64,000 nt of DNA from Burkholderiaceae bacterium (GCA_036824465.1 DAITAC010000001.1:31704-95703), one strand, 5' to 3'; shown: positions 10,666 to 21,580, counted from the first letter of the stretch. The notes: generated from the letters alone by a model not told the origin. Numbers and translations: made by a program.

Positions 10666-12639
10666 TCACTTCTGCAGCAGTCGTTCCTCAGCGATTTCGA
10701 GCGCTTCTGGCACGCCGCGCAATACGACCACGTCGCCCGCCTGCAGCACGAGATCGTCACTTGGATCGGCACCACGGATGCCGCGCCGCCGCACGGCAGT
10801 GACGTCGACCCCCATCATCCTGAGCCCGAGCACGCCGATCGTCTTGCCGACCGCGGCGGCGCCGGACTCGATTGGCACCGAGTGCAGGCGCTCATGCGAC
10901 TCGTCCTCGAACTCGGCCGGATCGTCGGCACCGTGAAAGTATCCGCGCAGCAGTCGGTAGCGTGAGTCCCGCGCTTCGCGTACGCGCCTGACGACACGCG
11001 TCAGCGGCACGCCGAGCAGCACCAGTGCATGCGAACCGAGCATCAGGCTGCCCTCAAAGACCTCCGGCACGACTTCGGTCGCACCGGCTTGAAGCAGCCG
11101 GTCGAGATCAGAATCATCCTGGGTGCGCACGATGATCGGCAGCTGCGGTTTGGTCTCGTGTGCGAAATGAATCACCTTCAGCGCGGAAGTGAAATTGTTG
11201 TAACTGATCACCAGCGCCGCGGCGCGCGTCAACCCGGCCGCAATCAGCGTTTCGCGCCGCGCCGCATCTCCGTACACGACCGAATCGCCGGCTGCGGCCG
11301 CCTCGCGAACGCGATCCGGATCCAGATCAAGCGCGACGTAGCCGATGCCTTCCTGTTCCAGCATCTTGGCCAGGTGCTGACCACTGCGACCATAGCCGCA
11401 GATGATCACGTGCCGCTCTGTTGCCATTGAGCGGGTCGCGACCTGATGCAACTGCAAGGCGCGCAGCATCCACTCGGAACTGGCGAACCGCATTGCGATC
11501 CGATCGCCGTACTGAACCAGAAACGGCGCCGCCAGCATCGACAGCAGCATCGCCGCCAGCACGATCTGCCTCATGTCGGGCGGCAGAAGCGCGCCGGATT
11601 CGGACAGCAGCACGAAGCCGAACTCGCCCGCGGTGGCCAGTGCAAGCCCGATGCGAATCGATGTGCCGGCATTGACGCGGAACAGCCGCGCCAGCAAAAC
11701 AACGAGCCCGCACTTGAAGGCAGTCGGAACCAGCAGTGCAAGCAGGACCCAGCCGAAATTTCCGATCACGACCGGGACATTCAGCAGCATGCCAATCGTG
11801 ATGAAGAACAACCCCAGCAGTACATCGCGAAACGGCTTGATGTCTTCGGCCACCTGATGCCGATACTCGGTCTCTGATATCAGCATGCCGGCGACGAATG
11901 CACCGAGCGCGAGCGACAGGCCGGCATGCTCGGTGAGCCACGCGAGACCGAGGACCAGCAGGAGCAGATTCAGCGTAAACAGTTCATGTGATTTGCGCCG
12001 CGCGACCATGTGCAGCCAGTGCCGCAGCAGCCACTGCCCACCGACCAGCAGGATCGCCAGAAGAACGGCGGCCTTGACCGCAGCCCACATCAGCGCCGAC
12101 CCGAGGTTTTCCGGCTGTGTCGCCAGCGCCGGGATGACAACCAACAGCGGCACGACGGCGAGGTCCTGGAACAGCAGCACGCCGACGATTCGCTTGCCGT
12201 GTTCGGTCTCGAGTTCCAACCGATCAACGAGGACCTTGATCAGGATGGCCGTTGACGACATTGCCAGCGTGGCGCCGAGCAGAAAACTCGCGGCGAGGCC
12301 CAGACGGAGATATGAGCCAACTGCCCAGCCGGAGGCGACAACGATCAGGATCGTCAACGCGACCTGCGCAAAGCCCAGGCCGAAAACGATCTGCCGCATG
12401 CTTTTCAGCTTCGGCAGTGAGAACTCCAGTCCGATCGAGAACATGAGGAAGACGACCCCGAACTCCGCCAGATAGCGCGTGCCATCGGAGTCAGGAACCA
12501 CCCCGAGCGCGTGCGGGCCGATCAGGATGCCGACGACGAGATAACCGAGCATCGGCGGCAGATCGAGCAGCCGAAACGCGACCACGCCCGCGACCGAGGC
12601 AGCCAGAAGCAGTAGTGTCAGTTCGAGGGCGGTCGGCAT
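10666..12639 (-). CDS. monovalent cation:proton antiporter-2 (CPA2) family K+ efflux protein with TrkA-N/TrkA-C domains (KefB/YbaL-like)
   Basis: Polytopic N-terminal exchanger domain. Rossmann motif VIICGYGRSGQ (TrkA-N) and a C-terminal TrkA-C-like domain. Start moved to ATG 12639 (MPTALELTLLLLAAS); the 74-aa ORF-track extension is not protein-like. Confidence 0.85.
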   Translation of the reverse strand: MPTALELTLLLLAASVAGVVAFRLLDLPPMLGYLVVGILIGPHALGVVPDSDGTRYLAEFGVVFLMFSIGLEFSLPKLKSMRQIVFGLGFAQVALTILIVVASGWAVGSYLRLGLAASFLLGATLAMSSTAILIKVLVDRLELETEHGKRIVGVLLFQDLAVVPLLVVIPALATQPENLGSALMWAAVKAAVLLAILLVGGQWLLRHWLHMVARRKSHELFTLNLLLLVLGLAWLTEHAGLSLALGAFVAGMLISETEYRHQVAEDIKPFRDVLLGLFFITIGMLLNVPVVIGNFGWVLLALLVPTAFKCGLVVLLARLFRVNAGTSIRIGLALATAGEFGFVLLSESGALLPPDMRQIVLAAMLLSMLAAPFLVQYGDRIAMRFASSEWMLRALQLHQVATRSMATERHVIICGYGRSGQHLAKMLEQEGIGYVALDLDPDRVREAAAAGDSVVYGDAARRETLIAAGLTRAAALVISYNNFTSALKVIHFAHETKPQLPIIVRTQDDSDLDRLLQAGATEVVPEVFEGSLMLGSHALVLLGVPLTRVVRRVREARDSRYRLLRGYFHGADDPAEFEDESHERLHSVPIESGAAAVGKTIGVLGLRMMGVDVTAVRRRGIRGADPSDDLVLQAGDVVVLRGVPEALEIAEERLLQK

Positions 12640-12770
12640 TTCGTTCCCGGCGAACGACGGCCCGAGTGGCGGGTGGTGACCGTCGAGTGACAGCAATTCT
12701 TGTGCCAGCGTCTCGGTCGCGAGAGTATCATCGTCAACGATTGTTTCGCTGGAAATCCACCCCCCCGAGC

Positions 12771-13760
12771 ATGGCGCCGGACGCGCGCTCCCGATCCAGA
12801 ACCTCGGCGCTTGACCTGGCGCGAGAAGTGCTCGCGATCGAATCGCAGGCGGTCGCTGCACTGGCTGATCGACTTGATAGCGCGTTCATGCAGGCGGTCG
12901 AACTTCTGCTGGCCTGCCGCGGCCGGGTCGTCGTTTGCGGCGTCGGCAAGAGCGGTCATGTCGGCCGCAAGATCGCGGCCACTCTGGCCTCCACCGGCAC
13001 GCCGGCGCTGTTCGTTCATGCGGCTGAAGCGGCGCACGGCGACCTCGGCATGATTACGCCTGCCGATGTGTTGATCGCGCTCTCCTATTCCGGAGAAACC
13101 GCGGAACTCCTGACGATCGTGCCTCTGGTCAAGCTCGAAGGCACGCCGATGATCGCGATTACCGGCAATCCCGCTTCGTCACTGGCTCGGCACGCCAACG
13201 TTCATCTCGACGTGCATGTGGACAAGGAGGCTTGCCCGCTGAACCTTGCGCCGACCTCATCGACCACGGCGACGCTGGCGCTCGGGGATGCGTTGGCGAT
13301 CGCCTGCATGGAAGCGCGTGGTTTCGGGCCCTCCGATTTCGCACGTTCGCATCCCGGCGGCGCGCTGGGCCGCCGGTTGCTGACGCGCGTGGCCGACATC
13401 ATGCGCACCGGCGAGGCCGTGCCATCGGTCACGATAAAGGCCAGCGTCCTCGACGCGGTAGCCGAAATCGGTCGAAAGCGACTGGGCATGACGGCTATTC
13501 TCGATGCCGAAGGCTGGCTGCTCGGCGTGTTCACAGAGGGCGATCTGCGGCGGTTGATTGAGCGCGTGGGCGACGTGCGGACGCTGCGCGTCGCCGATGT
13601 CATGACGCGAAACCCGCTGACCGTGCCGCCGGGGATGCTGGCGGCAGAAGCGGCGCGAATTCTTGACGCAAGCCTGAAGAACCAGTTGCTGGTCATCGAT
13701 GACGGCCGACTGGTCGGTGCGCTGCATATGCACGACCTGACCGCCGCCAAGGTGCTGTGA
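12771..13760 (+). CDS. kdsD: arabinose-5-phosphate isomerase (KpsF/GutQ family)
   Basis: SIS domain GVGKSGHVGRKIAATLASTGTPA plus tandem CBS domains. 329 aa from ATG 12771. Directly upstream of kdsC-lptCAB. Confidence 0.9.
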   Translation: MAPDARSRSRTSALDLAREVLAIESQAVAALADRLDSAFMQAVELLLACRGRVVVCGVGKSGHVGRKIAATLASTGTPALFVHAAEAAHGDLGMITPADVLIALSYSGETAELLTIVPLVKLEGTPMIAITGNPASSLARHANVHLDVHVDKEACPLNLAPTSSTTATLALGDALAIACMEARGFGPSDFARSHPGGALGRRLLTRVADIMRTGEAVPSVTIKASVLDAVAEIGRKRLGMTAILDAEGWLLGVFTEGDLRRLIERVGDVRTLRVADVMTRNPLTVPPGMLAAEAARILDASLKNQLLVIDDGRLVGALHMHDLTAAKVL

Positions 13761-14302
13761 TGGCCGTCACCTCGGAAGCGCGCGCCGCGAATGTCAGCCT
13801 GGTGATCCTTGACGTTGACGGCGTATTGACGGACGGACGCCTTTATTTCGGAGCGCAGGGAGAAGCGTTGAAAGTATTCGACGTGCGCGACGGCCACGGC
13901 ATCAAGCTGCTGCGACAGGCGGGGATCGAGGTGGCGATCCTCTCGTCACGCCGCTCCGAGATAGTTGAAGTGCGCGCGCGCGAACTCGGCATCGTTCATG
14001 TACTGCAAGGTGAGGCGGACAAGTGCGCCGGTTTCGAGCGCCTGCTCGCCGAGATGAATACAACGCCCGCGCAGTGCGCATTCATCGGCGACGACTGGCC
14101 CGATCTGCCGGTTCTGACCAAGGTCGGTCTTGCCGCAGCAGTCGCGGACGCCCGACCAGAAGTTCGACGCATCGCGCACTGGATTGCGCCGGCTGAAGGC
14201 GGTCGGGGCGCAGTGCGGCAGTTGGCCGAGTTCATCCTGCGCGCACAAGGCAAGTTTGACGCTGCGCTGGCACACCATTCGGCAGAGCGCACCCATGCGT
14301 AA
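13757..14302 (+). CDS. kdsC: 3-deoxy-D-manno-octulosonate 8-phosphate phosphatase
   Basis: HAD motif LVILDVDGVLTDG...DGHGIK. 4-nt overlap with the kdsD stop. Confidence 0.9.
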   Translation: MMAVTSEARAANVSLVILDVDGVLTDGRLYFGAQGEALKVFDVRDGHGIKLLRQAGIEVAILSSRRSEIVEVRARELGIVHVLQGEADKCAGFERLLAEMNTTPAQCAFIGDDWPDLPVLTKVGLAAAVADARPEVRRIAHWIAPAEGGRGAVRQLAEFILRAQGKFDAALAHHSAERTHA

Positions 14303-14454
14303 GTGGATGCAGAGTCGTTGCCGCCAGGCGCGCGTTTCCCTTGCGTTTGCCTCTCGCGCCGCGCTGAGCGGCGTAAAGCGACGCACGCTGACCGAAACCG
14401 CGCGAGGCACACGTGCGACGCACGGCGTCGCGTGCACTTCAAGTGCTTCCAGTT

Positions 14455-15036
14455 ATGCGTGACCGCATCACGATGATCATCGCCATTGTGCTGCTGGCCG
14501 TGGTGACCGCGACCAGTTACTGGTATTCACGCGTGATGCGCAAGCCGGAAAGCGCCGAGCCGCCGCGCCCCGGAACGCCGGATGTTGTGGTCGATCGAGT
14601 GGTGCTGACCCAGTTTGACGCGCAGGGTCGGGCACGACATAAGCTGTTTGGCGAGCAATTGCGTCACTTTGCCGATAACGACGACATCGAAGTCACCGCA
14701 CCGAGGTTGATCAGCTTGCGACCGGATCAGCCGCGCGTCGAGGCAAAGGCACGCACTGCACGGGTCGAGAACGCCGCCGAACGCGTTCATCTGAATGGCG
14801 ACGTCGTGATCTCCCGTGCCGCCTTTGACGCACAGCCGGAGATGCGCATCACGACTGATTACCTGCTGGCGCTGCCGGACGAGGATCGCTACCGCACGGA
14901 TCGCCCGGTCAAGATGACGCGTGGCGCATCGTCGATCAGTGCCAATGGCATGGACTTCGACAACATTGCGCGCACCGTCGTGATGACCGGCGCGGTGCGC
15001 AGCCTGATCGAGCCACGACCGCGCGCGGGACGATAG
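14455..15036 (+). CDS. lptC: LPS export system protein LptC
   Basis: Single N-terminal TM (ITMIIAIVLLAVVTATSYWY) followed by an OstA-like beta-jellyroll-sized domain. Position between kdsC and lptA. Start ATG 14455 chosen. Confidence 0.8.
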   Translation: MRDRITMIIAIVLLAVVTATSYWYSRVMRKPESAEPPRPGTPDVVVDRVVLTQFDAQGRARHKLFGEQLRHFADNDDIEVTAPRLISLRPDQPRVEAKARTARVENAAERVHLNGDVVISRAAFDAQPEMRITTDYLLALPDEDRYRTDRPVKMTRGASSISANGMDFDNIARTVVMTGAVRSLIEPRPRAGR

Positions 15037-15039
15037 GCA

Positions 15040-15645
15040 ATGACAAAGCTGCGTTTGCTTCGCCTGTTCGCCCTCTTCGCCGCGACTGCATCGGTTCCCG
15101 CGCTTGCGGAGCGTGCGGATCGTGACAAGCCTACGCAGATCGACGCCAGTCGTGCCACCGGCGAAGAGCTGAAACAGGTTGTCGTGTACTCGGGTCAGGT
15201 CGTGCTGACAAAGGGCACGTTGCGCATCACCGGGGAACGGCTGGAGTTACGCGAGGATCCAGAGGGCTATCAGTTCGCGGTCGTGACGGCACCGCGTGGC
15301 GGTCTGGCCACCTTTCGGCAACGACGCGATTCGAGCCGCCCGGATGTGGAAGAGTTTTTCGAGGCGGCGGCAGAGCGGCTTGAGTACGACGGCAAGGCGG
15401 AGACGGTCCGGCTCACAGGCCGGGCGCAGGTCAAACGCATCGAGAACGGCGCGCCGCGCGACGAGTTCAGCGGCGGAGTGATCACGTACAACATGCGCGA
15501 ATCGCGCTACAGCGGCGAAGGTGGCGATGCCAAGGATGGTGGACGCACACGTACCATCATCGCGCCGCGGTCGCCAGCGACGCCTGCCTTCGCGCCTGTT
15601 CCGCTTGCACCGGCCCGCAGCGTCGAGCCGGAGAAGAAGCAGTGA
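15040..15645 (+). CDS. lptA: LPS transport periplasmic protein LptA
   Basis: Signal peptide, then OstA-like motif PTQIDASRA...[23 protein letters not shown]. Position upstream of lptB. Confidence 0.88.
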   Translation: MTKLRLLRLFALFAATASVPALAERADRDKPTQIDASRATGEELKQVVVYSGQVVLTKGTLRITGERLELREDPEGYQFAVVTAPRGGLATFRQRRDSSRPDVEEFFEAAAERLEYDGKAETVRLTGRAQVKRIENGAPRDEFSGGVITYNMRESRYSGEGGDAKDGGRTRTIIAPRSPATPAFAPVPLAPARSVEPEKKQ

Positions 15646-16439
15646 ACGCACCGGAAAGCACAACCGTCACCGCGCCCAACACGCGGGGAACGCTGGCGCG
15701 CGGTCGTCTGGTAGTCGCGCATCTGCGCAAGCAGTACGGCGCGCGCGTCGTCGTCAGGGACGTGTCATTGACGGTCGAAGCGGGCGAAGTCGTCGGCCTG
15801 CTTGGGCCGAACGGCGCCGGCAAGACAACCTGCTTCTACATGGTGGTCGGGTTGGTTCCGATGGACGGCGGGACGATCGCACTTGACGACACCTCGATTG
15901 CCCACCTGCCGATTCATCGGCGCGCGCGACTCGGATTGTCATACCTGCCGCAGGAGGCATCGGTCTTCCGCCGCCTGACTGTGGAGGAAAACGTCCGCGC
16001 CGTCCTCGAACTGCAGGTCGATGAGCGGCGCCGGCCGCTGCAGTCCTCGCGTGTGAAGGAACAGCTGGACGCACTTCTCGACGAGCTTCAGATCGCGCAC
16101 TTGCGCACCAACACCGCACAGAGCCTGTCCGGCGGCGAGCGTCGCCGCGTCGAGATCGCGCGCGCGCTTGCCGCCCGACCGCGCTTCATCCTGCTGGATG
16201 AGCCGTTCGCAGGCGTCGACCCGATTGCGGTGATCGAAATTCAGCGCATTGTTCGTTTTCTGAAGGAGCGCGGGATTGGCGTGCTGATCACCGACCACAA
16301 CGTACGTGAAACGCTGGGAATCTGCGACCACGCATACATCATCAACGAAGGCCAGGTACTCGCCGCCGGCGCGCCGCACGAAATCGTTGAGAACGATTCG
16401 GTGCGGCGCGTATATCTGGGCGAGCACTTCAGGATGTGA
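15642..16439 (+). CDS. lptB: LPS export ABC transporter ATP-binding protein LptB
   Basis: GPNGAGKTT Walker [16 protein letters not shown] signature, [11 protein letters not shown] Walker B. GTGA start/stop overlap with lptA. Confidence 0.95.
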   Translation: MNAPESTTVTAPNTRGTLARGRLVVAHLRKQYGARVVVRDVSLTVEAGEVVGLLGPNGAGKTTCFYMVVGLVPMDGGTIALDDTSIAHLPIHRRARLGLSYLPQEASVFRRLTVEENVRAVLELQVDERRRPLQSSRVKEQLDALLDELQIAHLRTNTAQSLSGGERRRVEIARALAARPRFILLDEPFAGVDPIAVIEIQRIVRFLKERGIGVLITDHNVRETLGICDHAYIINEGQVLAAGAPHEIVENDSVRRVYLGEHFRM

Positions 16440-16462
16440 CGCGCGTTCGTGTCTGAAGGCCG

Positions 16463-17950
16463 ATGAAACCCAGCCTGCAACTGAAGCTCAGTCAGCACCT
16501 TGCGCTGACGCCGCAGTTGCAGCAGTCGATAAGGCTGCTGCAACTGTCCACGCTTGAGCTGAATCAGGAGATCGATCAAGCTCTCGCGGACAATCCGCTG
16601 CTCGAGCGCGACGACGACCCCCTCGCTACCGCCATGCGCGTCGGCTCCGATGGGGCGATCCTGGAAAAATCGGCACCGAGCGAATCGCTCAATGCCGAGC
16701 AAGGCGCGGGCCAGATGACCGAGGCCAACGGGTCCGAGCACGGCGAGGACATGGGCGGAGATTTCAGCGTCGCCGACTGGGGCTCCGCGCCCAGCACGGG
16801 ATCAAGCGACGACGAAGACGCAGGCCCGCTGGCCTGGGCCTCAACGCATTCCTCACTCGCCCAGCATCTGGACGCGCAACTCGCGACAACGCAGGTTTCC
16901 GTCCGCGACCGGGTATTGGTTGGCCTGCTGATCGAGGCGCTCGATGAAGACGGCTACCTGACCTCGACACTCGAGGAGATTCTGGAGATGTGCCCGCCGG
17001 AGGCGGATGTCGATATCGACGATCTGACGACGGCACTCAGGCTGCTGCAAAGCTTCGACCCGCCAGGAGTCGGCGCACGTACGCCAGCGGAATGCCTGTT
17101 GATTCAACTCGATCTGCTCGGCCGGCAAGCCACACCATCCTGTTCCGAGCAAGTTCTGGCATACGCAAAGTCGATAGTTAGCGAACACTTGCCTTTGCTC
17201 GCAAATCGGGACTTCGCCAAGCTGCGCCGACTGCTTGAGGCAAGTGACGACGATCTTCGTACCGCGCATCAGGTGATTCGTGGACTGAATCCGCGCCCGG
17301 GCGTAGGCTTTGGTGCACAGACGACCGATTATGTGGTTCCGGACATATTCGTCCGGCGCCTTAAGGGCCGGTGGGTAGCGCAATTGAACCCGGACATCAT
17401 GCCGCGCCTGCGCGTGAACCAGCTTTACGCGTCGATCGTCAAACGCGACAGAGGCAAAGAGGGACAGGCACCTTGGTCGGCTCGGCTCCAGGAAGCCCGC
17501 TGGTTGATACGAAACATCCAGCAACGGTTCGACACCATCTTGCGCGTCGCCCAGGCGATCGTCGATCGCCAGCACAACTTCTTCACCCACGGCGCCATTG
17601 CGATGCGGCCACTCGTGTTGCGCGAGATCGCCAGCACGGTCAGCCTGCACGAATCGACCGTGTCGCGCGTCACTGCCAGCAAGTACATGGCGACGCCGTT
17701 AGGCGTATTCGAACTGAAGTATTTCTTCGGCAGCCATGTGGCGACCGAAACCGGCGGCGCGGCCTCGTCAACGGCGATCCGCGCATTGATCAAGCAACTT
17801 ATAGGAGCAGAAGACCCCAAGGATCCACTGTCAGATAGCCGAATCGCAGAGTTGCTCGGCGAGCAGGGCATCGTGGTGGCGCGACGTACAGTCGCCAAGT
17901 ACCGCGAGGCGCTGAAGATCCCGCCGGTCGCAATGCGAAAAGTTCTGTAG
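16463..17950 (+). CDS. rpoN: RNA polymerase sigma-54 factor
   Basis: [34 protein letters not shown]-terminus, acidic region II, C-terminal RpoN box [10 protein letters not shown]. Confidence 0.98.
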   Translation: MKPSLQLKLSQHLALTPQLQQSIRLLQLSTLELNQEIDQALADNPLLERDDDPLATAMRVGSDGAILEKSAPSESLNAEQGAGQMTEANGSEHGEDMGGDFSVADWGSAPSTGSSDDEDAGPLAWASTHSSLAQHLDAQLATTQVSVRDRVLVGLLIEALDEDGYLTSTLEEILEMCPPEADVDIDDLTTALRLLQSFDPPGVGARTPAECLLIQLDLLGRQATPSCSEQVLAYAKSIVSEHLPLLANRDFAKLRRLLEASDDDLRTAHQVIRGLNPRPGVGFGAQTTDYVVPDIFVRRLKGRWVAQLNPDIMPRLRVNQLYASIVKRDRGKEGQAPWSARLQEARWLIRNIQQRFDTILRVAQAIVDRQHNFFTHGAIAMRPLVLREIASTVSLHESTVSRVTASKYMATPLGVFELKYFFGSHVATETGGAASSTAIRALIKQLIGAEDPKDPLSDSRIAELLGEQGIVVARRTVAKYREALKIPPVAMRKVL

Positions 17951-18041
17951 CGACGCGAGTGCCCGCGACGGTGCTCAAGTCGATCCGACAACCCAGCCGA
18001 CGTATCCGAGATCCTCGTCGGCTTCCACGTAAGGGTGCTGC

Positions 18042-18374
18042 ATGAACCTCATCATCCACGGTCATCACGTCGAAGTGACCCCGGCACTGCGGGGCTACGT
18101 CGAGGGCAAGATGGAACGGATCCGGCGTCATTTCGACAACCTGATCGAAGCTGACGTTGTACTTTCCGTGGAAGATAAGCTTAGGCAACGAGCGGAGATT
18201 ACCCTTAGGGTGCGTGGCAACAGCATTCATGCGGAGGCCACGGAAGTAGACATGTATGCGGCGATCGACGTCTTGATGGACAAGCTTGATCGCCAGGTTC
18301 TGCGGCATAAGGACCGGGTCAGAAACCACGTTCGGGATCCGCTCAAGCATCAGACTGCACAGCAGCAGCAGTAG
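18042..18374 (+). CDS. hpf: ribosome hibernation promoting factor (sigma-54 modulation protein family)
   Basis: MNLIIHGHHVEVTPALRGYVEGK...MYAAIDVLMDKLDRQV; 110 aa, immediately after rpoN. Confidence 0.93.
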   Translation: MNLIIHGHHVEVTPALRGYVEGKMERIRRHFDNLIEADVVLSVEDKLRQRAEITLRVRGNSIHAEATEVDMYAAIDVLMDKLDRQVLRHKDRVRNHVRDPLKHQTAQQQQ

Positions 18375-18759
18375 GACCCCCGTGGCCTGCTGACAATCCA
18401 GGGCCCGCAACCGCGGGCCTTCATCGTCCTGCTTTTGCACCGTCACCTCCCACTGAGCGCGTTGTTGCGGCATTGCAACATGCGCCTATCCCGCGTCATT
18501 CGACCTTCCGTGTGCCAGTTCGCCATAACTGGCGGCGCCTATACTTCGCGCCGTCCTGCGCTTGAAGTCCGCCGCCTATCAAGTCCGTTGCGAGACGACG
18601 CGCCCCCGTCCACGCGACCGGCAAGCGACGACGAACATTGCATTCAAGAAATAGGCCGGAACACGCCCACAACAGTCTTGATCCGATTTTCTGCGCACCA
18701 TTAACCTCATTACGTCTCGTGTGCCAAGAGCCTTTGGCCAACCCCCCGCAAGACACGAA

Positions 18760-19230
18760 ATGAACCTGATCTCTCGCCTGCTGCCGCCCTCGAACGTTTT
18801 GATCGGGTTGGCAGCGTCGAGCAAGAAGCGCGCCTTTGAGCAGGCCGGGTTGCTTTTCGAGAACAACCAGGGCATCGCGCGCGCCGCCGTATTCGACAGC
18901 TTGTTTGCACGCGAGCGCTTGGGATCGACAGGCCTGGGCCAAGGTGTGGCGATTCCGCACGGTCGGATCAAGGGACTGAAAGAGGCGATCGCAGCCGTCG
19001 TTCGTCTTGAGGAACCAGTACCCTTTGACGCACCTGACGGGCGCCCGGTTCAGTTGTTGATCTTCCTGCTGGTGCCGGAACAGGCCACGCAGCAACACCT
19101 CGATATCCTGTCTGAATTGGCGCAGATGCTGTCGGACAAGGGATTTCGAGAGAGTCTGCTGACGGCCGCTGACGCCAAAGCCGTGCATGCGCAACTTGCT
19201 ACTTGGGAGCCTGTGCGACCGGCCGCCTGA
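18760..19230 (+). CDS. ptsN: PTS IIA-like nitrogen regulatory protein PtsN
   Basis: RERLGSTGLGQGVAIPHGR (phosphorylatable His). Position upstream of hprK. ATG 18760 preferred over the GTG at 18721. Confidence 0.9.
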   Translation: MNLISRLLPPSNVLIGLAASSKKRAFEQAGLLFENNQGIARAAVFDSLFARERLGSTGLGQGVAIPHGRIKGLKEAIAAVVRLEEPVPFDAPDGRPVQLLIFLLVPEQATQQHLDILSELAQMLSDKGFRESLLTAADAKAVHAQLATWEPVRPAA

Positions 19231-19264
19231 CACCACTGCCCGGCGCGTCGGCTAAGCTTCCAGC

Positions 19265-20194
19265 ATGCCGACGCTCCAGTCGCTTTTCGAAGAGAATTCC
19301 GACCGCTTGAAGTTGCGCTGGATCGCCGGACTTAGCGGCGGTGAGCGCAAGTTTCAGGGAAGCGGCGCACTCGACGTTCCTGCGGCCGACCTCGTCGGCC
19401 ACTTGAACCTCATTCATCCCAATCGGCTTCATGTACTCGGCGGCCCGGAAGTTCAGTACGTCACCCGTATGGACAGCGGGCGCATCGCCCACTATGCGGA
19501 CGAACTTGTGTCCGGCGGTGCGCTGGGATTGATCGTGGCGGAGGATCTGGCCCTTCCGCCGGAAATGGAGGCAGCCGCCGAGCGCACCGGGCTGGCCGTG
19601 TTTGCGTCCCCTCTGCCGTCAGCGAGCGTGATCGACCTGCTCCGCATTTACCTTGGCAAGTCGATGGCCGCACATTGCACGATGCACGGCGTGTTCATGG
19701 ACGTGCTCGGAATGGGAGTGCTGATCTCGGGCGAATCCGGGGTGGGTAAGAGCGAACTCGGGCTGGAGCTGATCAGTCGGGGGCACGGCCTGGTCGCCGA
19801 CGATGTGGTCGATTTCGCTCGAGTCGCACCCGACACGATCGATGGGCGGTGCCCGTCCCTCCTTGCAAACCTGCTCGAGGTCCGTGGCCTGGGCCTGCTC
19901 GATATCAAGTCGATCTTTGGTGAAACCGCCGTGCGACGCAAGATGAAGCTGCGCCTGATTGTTGAACTGCGTCGCCGCGCCGCAACAGAAATGATGGAAC
20001 GCCTTCCGCTGGCCGGCACGACGGAGGACGTGCTCGGGCTGCCGATTCACAAGGTCGTGATTCCGGTTGCAGCCGGCCGCAACCTCGCGGTGCTGCTGGA
20101 AGCCGCAGTCCGCAATACGATCCTGAAGTTGCGGGGAATTGACACAATGGCCGATTTCCTGGAACGCCAGCGGCAGGCGATGGACGACGTGTAG
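19265..20194 (+). CDS. hprK: HPr kinase/phosphorylase
   Basis: [25 protein letters not shown] Walker A region and [10 protein letters not shown] motif; 309 aa. Confidence 0.93.
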   Translation: MPTLQSLFEENSDRLKLRWIAGLSGGERKFQGSGALDVPAADLVGHLNLIHPNRLHVLGGPEVQYVTRMDSGRIAHYADELVSGGALGLIVAEDLALPPEMEAAAERTGLAVFASPLPSASVIDLLRIYLGKSMAAHCTMHGVFMDVLGMGVLISGESGVGKSELGLELISRGHGLVADDVVDFARVAPDTIDGRCPSLLANLLEVRGLGLLDIKSIFGETAVRRKMKLRLIVELRRRAATEMMERLPLAGTTEDVLGLPIHKVVIPVAAGRNLAVLLEAAVRNTILKLRGIDTMADFLERQRQAMDDV

Positions 20195-20301
20195 CCGATT
20201 TGCACTGCCGTCAACCCCGCATGCTTCGATGGCGTTATTGGCTCACTGGACGGGCGCCCGTGCCGCGCCGCCAGATCACTAACCCCTGGAGGAGAAACGC
20301 A

Positions 20302-20598
20302 ATGTTCAAGCAAGCCCTGATCGCCGCCTGTCTGCTGCTGCCCGTGGCAACGATGGCCGCAGAAGAGAAGAAGATGTCGTCGCAGCAGAACAAGATGGCG
20401 ACATGCAACAAGGATGCCGGAGCCAAGAAGCTTGAAGGCGATGCACGCAAGACCTTCATGAAGGAATGCCTGTCGGCGAAGCCGGCCGCCAAGATGACGC
20501 AGCAGGACAAGATGAAGTCCTGCAACAAGGATGCCGGAGCCAAGAGCCTCAAAGGCGACGAGCGCAAGAAATTCATGTCGGAATGCCTGAAGGGCTGA
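20302..20598 (+). CDS. psiF: PsiF-repeat (phosphate starvation-inducible PsiF family) secreted protein
   Basis: Signal peptide MFKQALIAACLLLPVATMAA followed by two copies of the repeat K-M-x-x-CNKDAGAKxLxGDxRKxFMxECL. GGAGAA RBS before ATG 20302. Confidence 0.8.
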   Translation: MFKQALIAACLLLPVATMAAEEKKMSSQQNKMATCNKDAGAKKLEGDARKTFMKECLSAKPAAKMTQQDKMKSCNKDAGAKSLKGDERKKFMSECLKG

Positions 20599-20624
20599 GC
20601 TCAGGCTCGTCAGAAATGCAGGAG

Positions 20625-20653
20625 GGGCGCGGCTTGGCCGCGCCCTTTTCATT
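20625..20653 (+). terminator. rho-independent terminator after psiF
   Basis: Perfect 9-bp GC stem GGGCGCGGC-ttg-GCCGCGCCC (20625-20645) followed by TTTTCATTT. Confidence 0.75.
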
Positions 20654-20685
20654 TCGGGGGTTGCACATCGTGCAAGAATCGCCGT

Positions 20686-21552
20686 ATGCGCGTAGTGCTG
20701 GTCACCGGAATGTCGGGCTCGGGTAAGTCGGTTGCGATCCGGCTACTCGAGGATCTCGGCTACTACTGCGTCGACAACCTGCCGCCACGGTTTCTCGCCG
20801 AGGTCTGCACCTATCTGAACGAGGCAGGACACAACGAAGTCGCGGTATCGGTGGATGCCCGTACCGAGCTGTCCCTTGGACAGCTTCCGACGCTGATCGA
20901 AAGCCTGCGCGGCGCGGGCCACGATGTGCGCGTGCTCTTCCTGACTGCGTCGACCGAAGCGCTGGTTCAGCGCTACTCCGAAAGCAGGCGGCGACACCCC
21001 CTTTCCGAGCGACTCGCCCTCGGAGCCGACGGCCTTGAAGCAACGTTGACCGAATCGATCGAGGCCGAGCGCGACCTGCTCGCGCCAATGAATTCGATCG
21101 GCCATCTGATTGACACGAGTTCGCTGCAGCCGAATACGCTGCGCAACTGGGTGCAGCAGTTCGCCGACAGCCCGCGCGCCACGTTGACGCTGACGTTCGA
21201 ATCGTTCGCCTACAAGAGCGGTATCCCGGTCGATGCCGACCTCGTTTTCGACGTGCGCAATCTTCCGAATCCGTTCTATGACCCGCTTCTCAAATCGCTG
21301 ACTGGACTCGACGCGCCGGTCATCGCTTTTCTCTCGGCATCACGACGGGTCGGCGAGATGACCGAGGACATCGGACGTTTTCTGAAGAAATGGCTGCCCG
21401 GCTACGTGCAGGACACGCGCCACTATGTGACGGTCGCGATCGGTTGCACTGGTGGACAGCATCGATCGGTCTACGTCGTCGAGCAGCTTTCAAAGCAGTT
21501 CGCGGGCAGCGGTCGCGTACTGGTACGCCACCGCGCAATTGCGCGTCACTGA
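20686..21552 (+). CDS. rapZ: RNase adapter protein RapZ (YhbJ)
   Basis: MRVVLVTGMSGSGKSVAIRLLEDLGYYCVDNLP N-terminus and C-terminal GCTGGQHRSV motif. Confidence 0.95.
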   Translation: MRVVLVTGMSGSGKSVAIRLLEDLGYYCVDNLPPRFLAEVCTYLNEAGHNEVAVSVDARTELSLGQLPTLIESLRGAGHDVRVLFLTASTEALVQRYSESRRRHPLSERLALGADGLEATLTESIEAERDLLAPMNSIGHLIDTSSLQPNTLRNWVQQFADSPRATLTLTFESFAYKSGIPVDADLVFDVRNLPNPFYDPLLKSLTGLDAPVIAFLSASRRVGEMTEDIGRFLKKWLPGYVQDTRHYVTVAIGCTGGQHRSVYVVEQLSKQFAGSGRVLVRHRAIARH

Positions 21553-21580
21553 CACGTCCGTTGACCGCCAGCATCAATCA

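Noticed and set aside
12615-12861. N-terminally extended ORF-track starts. Examples: 12615 for kdsD, 12861 for the CPA2 antiporter, 21452, 22081, 29561, 38563, 46884, 55240, 60357.
   Set aside because: The extensions overlap neighbouring genes or terminators and are not protein-like. Conserved family N-termini or signal peptides begin at the internal Met/GTG that I used.
18435-18704. 89-aa ORF in the hpf-ptsN gap.
   Set aside because: The composition (Arg/Ser/Pro/His-rich) is not protein-like, and it has no RBS and no recognisable motif. The gap is reported as a non-coding finding instead.
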